Assembly: GCA_964016885.1 (NCBI GenBank)
Contig: OZ024741.1
Location: 302,622,001-302,686,000, forward strand
DNA: 64,000 bases
Direction of reading: 5' to 3'
Source: Eledone cirrhosa
Taxonomy: Eukaryota
The translations under genes and the position numbers were made by a program. Shown in pieces: positions 54,101-64,000 of the stretch. Position 1 is the stretch's first letter, and the number at the start of each line of letters is the position of its first letter. The notes beneath the pieces are model-generated. The model was not told the DNA's origin, ran no database searches, and saw nothing but the letters and a program-made list of their open reading frames with translations.

Positions 54101-54317
54101 CATACTACACATGAGTCGTTTGAGTGTGTGTATATAATATTTATGCACAATACAGTGTAAAATATTAGATAAATTTAATGTAGTTATACCCATATTTTAT
54201 AAGTCTCGCTTTTAAAGTGTCAACAAATATTTAAAAAAACCGTTATTCACTTCGTAGAAAAACAAAAGATTGCTTTTTTATGTTTGTATATGTATATTTA
54301 TTTTGTCAGTGTTGAGT

Positions 54318-54356
<39 letters not shown>

Positions 54357-54869
54357 ACACACACATATACACACATTACACACATACATACACACATACA
54401 TGGCACCTTGGTGCTGTACCCATCCACAGTTCTGATCTACCATAGATTACATTGATTATCTAAAGACTCCCGAATTTCTGTATTTAAAAAAAAAAATGTT
54501 TGCACTGCACCAATCTTCCTCGACATTCCATCCCTGCTTTTCCTCTCCTCTATTTCTCTTTCATCTTTTCCTGTCATTCACCTTTTTCTTTTTTCTAATT
54601 TTGTTCTTCCTTTTGCTCCAGAATCTACTTCTTCCCGATGTAGGACTAACGTCTGAAACGTTGAAACATTCTTTTTTTCCTTTTCCTTAAAGCGTGAAAC
54701 TAATAAGACTTTTGTTATTGTTTTTCATGTTTGTCTTTCTTTAACACACATACACATACAAACACACATACACACAGACACACACACACACACATACAGA
54801 CACACACACACATACAGATATACACACATATTTATGCTGAAAGATCCGTAGGTGTTAAAAAAAGGAAAA

Positions 54870-56150
54870 CAGTGCTCAATCGGGACAGTAATTTTTGATC
54901 GCACAGACGGGTCACATGAATAGGATATCTTGACGGATTTGCGATTGAATATTTTGCTGTATCTATGCTGTATCTATGTTGTGGTGGGAAATGTCTATCC
55001 ATTAAATCTAAAAATTTATTTCCTACATTATTCTTTACTTTACGGGAAAAGGGGCGTGTGAATCAGATAATTCTTCTTTTTCTGTTAGTATGTTTAGGAT
55101 GGTTGGGTGTATACTTAATTTTGTCTTTAAAACCACTATCTAGGCTTGATTGTAGTAAGGCGCAGCCTTATCGAAAATCTCCCTGGCTGCTGATAGATTT
55201 AAGATCCTACGACTAATTTTAGAGACTAAGATTTTAAAAACGGCAGGATACTGGGGTGGGGTGACATGAGGCTTTATTAATATATTTCAATTTTTCGTTA
55301 GGTTTATGGTATGGTTTTATACGAAGCTGTGGATAGGTCCAAGTTTACATCAAGGAAATTTGTATTAGTAAGGTTCGTATCAACCGCAACTTTAAGACCT
55401 AGTTCATGAAATGTGGCAATTAAATTTTTACGGAATCTGTCCAGAGTGTGGAAACAGTATAGATCAAAGGAGTGGTTGTGGAATTTAGACCTTAACCAAG
55501 GAAGAATGTATTAAGCCGATACGATTACAAATATCAATACTGTCATAGGACCCCATGGAGACTTCAAAAGAATCACCGGGGTCAGATTTTTTTTTCCCAT
55601 GTAGAACCGTTACTAAATAGGAGGATTTCACAGGCGTGGAATATAAGGTAATATTCCATGTCACTAATATATATGAAAGAACGAGAAATGTCTAAATTGT
55701 TATTAAGAAGGCTCCTAGAAATAGAGGGATAAAAAATCTTGTGAACCAGGACGTGGCAGATGTATTATTCCACAGTGAGAGATTGGTGTTTTTAATAATA
55801 CAAGTGTTGATGTCTCTTAAAACCTTTTTACTAGCTAATCCTAACTCTATCCTAGCAGGATTTATTAATCTACATCTAGACTTGTTTGTGAAATCAGGTT
55901 TGTGATCCTTTAGGGTAATGAAGGCAACACGTTCTGCTAAGCGTTGTACTCTATTGTCTATTTTAAAATGTGTATCAATATCTTTGAACTCATCATTAAT
56001 CTTGTTATAGGTGTAAGGTTTGGCCTTCTGGCATTTATTTGTTAAGCGCTTGAAGATTTGATCACAATTTTGATCCCTCTAACATCCTGCAGCTATGGTC
56101 AATACTGGGCCTTGAAACTTTGGGTAGCGCTTTTGTTCCGTGTATGAACA
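54870..56150 (-). mobile_element. Decayed Penelope-like (Neptune-like) RT ORF
   Basis: AFITLKDHKPDFTNKSRCRLIN, FYPSIS, FEVSMGSYDSIDIC, NFLDVNLDL, RHFPP, KIFNRKSVKISYSC, read across frameshifts. Confidence 0.8.
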
Positions 56151-56156
56151 TAAATA

Positions 56157-56256
<100 letters not shown>

Positions 56257-56368
56257 TAAAATAACAGATTAAAGTTTAAGCAAAGAATCGCTGCTTTCAC
56301 CCTTAACGGGATCTTCTGATATCCTTATCGAGCCCTCTTTGGATTTTAGTCTTCAAATTTATTATTAT

Positions 56369-56493
<125 letters not shown>

Positions 56494-57145
56494 ATACGCC
56501 TCTGAAAGTATGCATACATTTCTGTACATTTATATATTTCTCTTCCCTTCGCTGTACTTACCTTGTAGTATCTTTCTCTTTCTCTGAAACACACACACAC
56601 ACACACACACACACCTACACACACACACACACACACATACACACACACACACACACCTACACACACGCACACACATTCCACACACACACATAGACATATA
56701 TACATACACATATATCCTTCTCTCTCTTTCTCCATTCAATTAACTTTGCATCAACTTACATGTGTGCATGTATATGCAGCGATCTATGTAGTGATGCATG
56801 AAAGTGTGCATATAGCAAGCATCCTTAAGATACAAGCTGCTTGGCTGCTACAGTCAACAGTAATATCTCTTTGGGGGGTTGTTTTGAAACGAAAATATGT
56901 TGTTTGATTTTGTTATTTTATCTTCCGCTATTTTATTTTTTCGTCTCAGATGTAGAATACTCACACACATACAGAGACACACAGCCATGTATGTGTATAC
57001 GTATGTTACGTATACAGGAATATATGTATGCATATGCAACTACACGCGCACACACACGCGCGTACACACACACATGCACACACATACACAATGTTTTTAT
57101 GTATACGAATGTACGTTATTACGTTACACGCACACACACGCACAC

Positions 57146-57274
<129 letters not shown>

Positions 57275-57529
57275 GCAGCTAGACACACATGACCTTCACA
57301 TGCGCATCACACGCATCTTAATTTAAAAAAAAAGCTGCTTGATGTATGTATTCACTGAGAGTGCTCAATAGCTAATTAGAAAGTAGTTGGGGCTATGATA
57401 AATATTTATGTGAAATAAATAAACTGAAAGAATGAATCTTGTATATGTTCACAAAATGGAAATATGTGAGACAATCGTTTAACGAAGCATTGTGCATATG
57501 TCAACTTATAGTAAGCTGTTACAACGCTG

Positions 57530-57850
57530 GTTTGACAATAAAATAGTCCAAGTTGGGCCTGCTGGTAAAGTAATCCCCCAGATTCAGCATTCGGTAATCA
57601 GTAGAAGGGAAGTAGGTGTAAAAACCAAACTCACTATCTTCAATTCGACATTCGTTCCAACCATTACCTATGGTCATGAATCTTGTGTAATGACCGAAAG
57701 AGAAATGGGGTTCTTCTGATGGGTCTTTGAAGCAATGTTACTCGATAGAGTGCGTAGCTCGGAGATTAGAGAGTCGCTTCAGGTAGAGCCGCTACTTTTC
57801 CTAATTGAGAGATCACAGCTCCGATACTAGGGGCATATGGCTAGAATGTC
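57530..57850 (+). mobile_element. RTE-clade LINE fragment
   Basis: KTKLTIFNSTFVPTITYGHES.VMTE; homologous to 29320. Confidence 0.8.
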
Positions 57851-58114
57851 TATGGGCCTATAAACTCCTAGAGACTGAAATAAAAGTGGACAGAATCGCC
57901 TACGGCAGTTGAACAAGAATTTTCCATATGCCGGATGGCAAGGTTACCATTACACCAAAGCAAGACTGACTACTTACCTGCCATTTTTAAGCCTTGTATT
58001 TCATCCAGGAGAAGATCCCTTATTAGCCTGGAATCAATAGTGTTGAGTAATGATACGTTTGTCTGCGTGATGTGTGCTGAGATAATCAGATCATCTCACC
58101 TGTTTCTCTGTCTC

Positions 58115-58151
<37 letters not shown>

Positions 58152-58233
58152 AAAATGGAACGGGAACAGAGAGGCAGTACAAACAAAGGTTTATAGTTTC
58201 ACGCTCTTGAGAGTTGGGCTGGAGGGTGGAGGG

Positions 58234-58267
58234 AACGACGTTTCGGGCATAAGCCCTTCTTCAGGCG
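58234..58267 (-). ncRNA. Minimal hammerhead motif in PLE pseudo-LTR fragment (58148-58330)
   Basis: rc: CTGAAGA-a gggc ttat gccc-GAAACGTC. Confidence 0.65.
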
Positions 58268-58783
58268 AAAAGTGGGTGGGAAGAGAGTTCCAAGGGTGTG
58301 TAGGGGAGTGGTGCAGAGACATTTAGAAAAAGGGGGTGAGAGGAGACGGTGGAAGGGGTACAAATGAAAATAAATATGAAAAAATAATAATAAAAATAAA
58401 AATAAACATGAAGATAAACAAGTGGTGGAAGGGTGTGGGGCGTGTAGGGGTGGTGGAGGGTGGAGTGGGGAGAGGGAGGCGGGGTGTCCGAGCGGGGAGG
58501 GCTGAAGGTGGTGTAGGTGTGTGTGTGTGTGTATGTGAATGTGAGAGTTGGGGGAAGAACGAGGTTCCATGTTCAGGAAAAGGTGTGTGTGGGTGGAGTG
58601 TAGGTCGGTGTGTGTGTGTGTGTGTGTGGATGGGGAGGGGTCAGAGGGGTGGGGGAGAGGATTCCGGAGGCTGTGTGTATATATATGTGGGGGACGCAAG
58701 TGTGTGTTGGTGTTTATACGTTTTGTGGATGTAGGTGGCGTGGTTCCAAAAGAAAATTGTGAGTGTATGTCTGTGAGTAAGTT

Positions 58784-58820
<37 letters not shown>

Positions 58821-59206
58821 CATGTATTACATGTCTAAGAAAACAACAAATGTTTTAATATGTATATTTACTGGCTGACAACTTGTTTCGGAAGCCGAAG
58901 AATTAAGTTAGCCAGTGAATATACATATTCACAAAAATTTGTTGTAAATATACATAAATATACATAAATATACATAAATATACATATTCAAAAAAATTTG
59001 TTATTGTTTTCTTAGACATGTAATACATGCTATATTGCTCTGCGTATAATAATTTTGTTAAACATAATTTCTACGAATTACTCACTTTTTTCGCATGTCT
59101 TGCAAACTATACGCATCGAGCACACTAACCTTCTCTCTACTGGCTTGCAATGTTCTTAATTAATCACTCTTCTCTCCTCTTTGATTAGTTTGCTTACTTA
59201 ATATTT

Positions 59207-59241
<35 letters not shown>

Positions 59242-59328
59242 CACTAGACTGTTATATCTGTAGTAGTAGAGCACTCAGTCCATGGGACGAGTTTGGTAGA
59301 AGTAGTTCCACAACAGTTAGTTCACCAT

Positions 59329-59371
59329 ACCGAGTACAAATGTTTCACCTTATTCGGATCCTCAGCTCGGT
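59329..59371 (-). ncRNA. Minimal hammerhead motif
   Basis: rc: accgag-CTGAGGA-tcc gaataa ggt-GAAAC-attt-GTA-ctcggt; 6-bp stem I. Confidence 0.8.
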
Positions 59372-59461
59372 CTAAATGCATTTGTTTTCGGTATGGTTGA
59401 CTAACTATTGTGGAACTACTTCTATATATATATATATATAAGTTATTCCGGGTTGAATCGG

Positions 59462-59513
<52 letters not shown>

Positions 59514-59554
59514 CAAAGGAATTGTGGTAAGGAACCAGATGGACCATAACGCAA

Positions 59555-60695
59555 TAAGATCTACGTGCCCCCTCAACAACAAATGCCGAGAACGTAACGT
59601 GATCTACCAGTGAAACGCGAGGACGGACACCTCCAACAAAGCTTATATAGGATTAACCACTTTCGGGCCATATCTGGGACCTCCAAGATAATAATATAAC
59701 CTACAATCTCACTTGGAGCTTACTGTCTAGAGCTAACTCTTACACGGGAGGACGCCGTCTGTGTAACTTATGTTCGGAGGAAACATTACAAATGCTGTTT
59801 TCGAAGGACCAACTCCTAAACAAGAAAGACGAACTGGTAACCGCATGCAAACACAGATTGCGTAGGACTTACCTCGCCCTTAAACCCCATAACGACCCGG
59901 GTGGGTAGACAAGGGCTGATACCCCCCCACTTGCCGAATAAGTTAGGGGAAACCCCAGCTTACATAGGTAAATGTATATCTTTTCTTTTCCTCTTTGTCT
60001 TCTTCTTCCCCCTGTCTCATCCTATCACTTCCTTCCACCCCCTATTTTTTTCCTCGTCTGCTTTTCCCCTTTCGCCTACCCCGACGCAGCCCATCGGGCC
60101 TCTGTAGCATCAGTTCCCCCACCCCTGTAATTTTAAGATAGAATTGGCCGAATACGTTTTACTAACTACTTATAGCAGATGTGTTAAACCCCTTTAATTT
60201 GTATCAGTTTTGTAATTTCTACAAGTTTTTTTCTATTCTCAACTTATTAACCTGTAATTGTAAGATAGCATTGTGATTTTTTTTATTCATTTCTCACTTT
60301 CTAATTTTATATATTTTTTAATTTCTTTCTACTATCTTTTATTGTCTCCTACTCTCATTCGATTTACCTATTCTATTACCTCCCTCCTCCACTTCATACA
60401 CTATCCTTAGAATCTGCTGTATACATATCACTTTCAATGCTTGACCGCTCCACTCACTCCCCTATTGTTCTACAGGCAAGTTCAGCCACCCCTACCTCCC
60501 ACCAAATGCCATGATAGACTTATTTTTGTTTACAACAAATTTTAACCAATCCTCTTGACAACTACAATCTTCCCATATAAGGAAGTATCCCCTTGACAAG
60601 TTCGGCTATTTATTCACCAGGCTAAAACTTCTAATTTACTCCAGAAATAGCCGTCGAAACGGCTTGAGCTCTGCCGTCGGGGTCATACTTTTTCC

Positions 60696-60700
<5 letters not shown>
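59555..60700 (+). mobile_element. PLE 3' end: GIY-YIG endonuclease remnant plus 3' pseudo-LTR
   Basis: CPLNNKCRERNVIYQ...KAYIGLT; CNLCSEE...LLNKKDELVTACKH; ends in a hammerhead and (TA)n. Confidence 0.8.
60589..60682 (+). ncRNA. Type I hammerhead with full stem III, U3-A8 core variant
   Basis: cccc-TTGACAA-(cggctattt/aaatagccg)-GAAAC-ggc ttgagctct gcc-GTC-gggg. Confidence 0.85.
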
Positions 60701-60755
<55 letters not shown>

Positions 60756-61007
60756 AATAGATTCCCGTTTTCCCTTAGTTTAAAGACCTTGTCTTTTACA
60801 CAAACAAATCAGTAATATTAGGATATTTGTTGTGACGTCCTTGTGTTCATGTGTTACGCTCTAAACAACTGTAACTATGGGACGAAATGGAAGACACAAT
60901 CGAAATATTTAACATAACAAAAAATCTAACGAAAATCTATTTTTTTTTACATCAAAATAAAGATACCAAAACGTGGAACTGCCGCAGTTTCATGCCAGTT
61001 ATTTTTG

Positions 61008-61205
61008 GTCGGTGGATTGAAGAATCGTTATGGCATTGGATGAAATGCATTGCAGTATTTCGTTACGGACCTCTAAGTTCTGGTTTCAGTGGTCACTTTT
61101 GTCTTTCATCATTCCAGGGTCAATAAAATAAAGTATCTGTCAATTACCTGGGTCGATTCAATCTCTCCACAAAATTCCTGGTTTTGTGACTAACTTAGAA
61201 ACCAT
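61008..61205 (+). mobile_element. tRNA-head SINE, diverged
   Basis: Family match. Confidence 0.7.
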
Positions 61206-61445
61206 AATTGTTGGATGGTCGAACAATATTTTCTAGTGTTTAAATACTGTTTAGTTTTTTGTTTTATCTATGTACGTTTTGGGTTAAAATTCTGTCGAAG
61301 GATTTGCTTTTTAACTCTCCAGGTTCGATTAAGTCTTTTGATACCCACCCATCCAAGACCGTCTCTTTTTCTATTATACAAAAACCATTCATTTTAATAG
61401 GTTCCTACCGAAATTAAAACATTCCATCATTATTTTATATATGAA

Positions 61446-61638
61446 GGGTGGTGGATTGGCAGTATCGGTAGAGCGTCAGACACCATGCATTGTAGTATAG
61501 AGTTATGGCCCTTTTCGTACTGAGTTCAAATCCCGCCGAGGTTAGCTTTGTCTTTCATCTTTACGGAGTCGATAAAATAAAGCACCAGTAATGCACTGGG
61601 GGTAATTGCTGGCCTTGTGCCCAAAGTAGAAACAATTA
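61446..61638 (+). mobile_element. tRNA-head SINE
   Basis: Family match, A and B boxes intact. Confidence 0.9.
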
Positions 61639-62026
61639 TTTTTATATACGGACATTTTGTTATGTTAAAAAGACCATCTTAATCAAATTCTTCATAAAAT
61701 AATTGAAATAGAAAGTATTTCATTAGAAATGCAGTAACGATAGGGTTAAATACAGCCCAAGGTATATACTGGTGTAGATTACATAAACTATACACCTTAT
61801 ATATACACTGCACTAATGTAAAATACAATTATTGTTTTTGTAGCTGTTATTGTGTTTGTTACATGACTAAGTCAGGGAGTACACGAGTACGTGAGTGGGT
61901 TACTAAAATTACAATAATTCTGGTTTTACTTAGGTACTGGAGTAAAACTAACCCTAATACGCCTTTCTCGATGCATAGGTTGTTGTTATTTGTTGTTGTT
62001 GTGGTTATTATCATTTGTTGATGAAA

Positions 62027-62243
62027 GGGTGGTGGATTGGCAATGTCAGTAGAGCGTCGGACTAAATGGTTTGTGCGGTATTTAGTTATGACTTTCTACG
62101 TTCTGAGTTCAAATTCCACCAAAGTCAACTTTGATTTTCATCCTTCCGGCGGCGATAAAATAAAGTACTAGTTAACTACTAGGATCAAAATAATCGACTT
62201 TCCCCTCCCCTGAAATTACAGGCCTTGTGCCTAAATAAGAAAA
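62027..62243 (+). mobile_element. tRNA-head SINE
   Basis: Family match. Confidence 0.85.
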
Positions 62244-62303
62244 TATTTAATGTTAGAAAGAATTATTTATTGTTGTGGTTATTATTATGATTTATTGTGG
62301 CAA

Positions 62304-62492
62304 CGGTGGTAGACTGGCAAAATCAGTAGAGCGTCGGACAAGATGCTTTGTGGCATAGAGTTACGCCGAGGTCAGCTTTGCCTTTCATCCGTTCTGGGTC
62401 GATAAAATAAAGTACCAGTCCCACACTGGGGTCGATTTAATTGACTTTCTTCTCCTCTAAATTTGCTGGCCTTGTGCCTAAATTATAGACCA
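62304..62492 (+). mobile_element. tRNA-head SINE with B-box deletion
   Basis: Family match. Confidence 0.85.
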
Positions 62493-63324
62493 CTATTGTT
62501 GTTGTTGTTGTTGTTGTTGTTGATAGCAGAAGCCTGCTACGGAATTGACCAAATGAACTATAACAGTAATACTAAGAATATGAATAACAGCAGCAATCCT
62601 TTATTGAAAACTTCAGATGTTTTAAAGATCTAACCAAGTGCTGCGACTTCTCTACGACGTGCAATTAACGTAATAGTCATACTGTATGTTAAGGAGAAAT
62701 CTCTCAGCTGAGCAAGTTAAAGTGATATGATCAGATTTTGATTTTGACAGAAGCTAAGTCATTTAAATCTTTAACTTTCATCATACAATTCATATTTTTT
62801 GTTTTGTTGTATTACATTTGTTTCTGTTATCTGTTATACATAAACTTATTATGTCAACTATATTTTACAGACAGAAGTTATACAATGATGGAAATATGAA
62901 TAAAGATAAAACCCCAATTTAAGTAAGGAAAAAAGGGAGGCGAGGTAAAAAAGGGCAGATCTGGCTGTATAGGAAAGTAGAGGAAAGGACTATAAATGCC
63001 AGAAATGAGAGAAAAGAGCAAGGACTATTAGGCTACGAAAGAAAGAGAGGGGAAAAAGGAGAAGGTGTCGGGCTCTATGCCTAGAGCGAGGTGGTGTTAC
63101 TGCCATGGAAAAGACATGATCGCTATAATTTCCAATATTTCATTTATCTCACTTAAAATGTAAACAGCCTGCACAACATTATTTGCCGATATGTCCCCGT
63201 CCTCCTTTAAAAAAAAAAGAGTTTTAAAAACTGAGTTTGATATCAAGGAAGATTAGCAGCGTTTTCTATCCTTGACGAATGACCGTGTATTTTCGTATGT
63301 GTTATGTTTAGTTTCGTGTGTTAA

Positions 63325-63592
63325 GGAGGTGCGTGGTCTAGTGGTAAAGGTGTTGGACTTACTATCATAATGCCGTGGGTTCGATTCCTTGGCTGGGTTG
63401 TGTGTTGTGGTCTTGAGAAAAACAATTCATTTCATGTTGCTCCAGTATACTCAGCTGAAAATGAGCAGCTGGGAATTCAACCCTGCGATGGACTGGTGTC
63501 CTGTTCATGGGGAAGTCTTGTATTCTCTGTCACTTTACCTCACGAAACCGGTATAAACACCGACCCGACGAGCCTTCTGGCTTGAGACAGAC
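63325..63592 (+). mobile_element. tRNA-head SINE with CORE-like central domain
   Basis: TGGTCTAGTGG A-box, GGTTCGATTCC B-box, TTGCTCCAGTATACTCAGCTG, CCCTGCGATGGACTGG. Confidence 0.7.
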
Positions 63593-63939
63593 TAGGGAGG
63601 AAAGCAATTATGACCTACGGACTGGTTCTGTGTTTGAAAGTTCATTTCGTTGCATGGCAACCATTTATTTGTTTGTTTGTTTGTTTGTTTGTTTATTTGT
63701 TTGTATATTTATTTACATATGTTATTAGTTTTAGTTAAATTACAATAATACAAAGACTGTCTAGACAACTTCCTAGATGTTAAAATATCGTACATTGATC
63801 TTACACATGTAAGTTTTGAACAAGCACACACACAAAACTTGCTTGGACGCCGTTGTATGTATCTATACTTGTTTAAAGATATAATATATGTCTTCATTTA
63901 ATTTGTGTGTATGTATATATATATATATGTATATATATG

Positions 63940-64000
<61 letters not shown>

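Noticed and set aside
63325-63395. tRNA gene (also at 27419 and the other SINE heads)
   Set aside because: A and B boxes present but no complete cloverleaf, and the sequence continues into a SINE body

Overview
AT-rich, microsatellite-saturated eukaryotic DNA, most likely intronic or intergenic sequence of an octopus. That assignment is inferred from recognisable octopod tRNA-head SINEs and the extreme (TA)n/(CA)n load. No host gene can be called with confidence, and almost all ORFs in the track are translations of simple repeats. The window is a retroelement graveyard. It holds a near full-length frameshifted R4/Dong LINE (47.8-51.7 kb), fragments of RTE, RTE-X-like, HERO, CRE and L1/Tx1 LINEs, about 15 SINEs, DNA-transposon remnants and several Penelope-like element (PLE) fragments. 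The main hidden structure is a swarm of type I hammerhead ribozyme (HHR) motifs from several PLE-derived families, found by eye: about 20 well formed plus about 10 decayed or partial. They lie on both strands, often inside inverted repeats that abut (TA)n tracts. They show core variants (U3-A8, C4, A4), very long stem II arms, palindromic stem III loops, compensatory stem changes between copies and often an immediately following AATAAA. Also notable are a (CATA)n-associated bipartite RTE derivative in four copies, a twin-primed inverted LINE, and a 15-bp repeat exon candidate at 40 kb. One frame of that candidate, absent from the ORF track, is a 251-aa Arg/Cys-rich polypeptide behind a strong splice acceptor.
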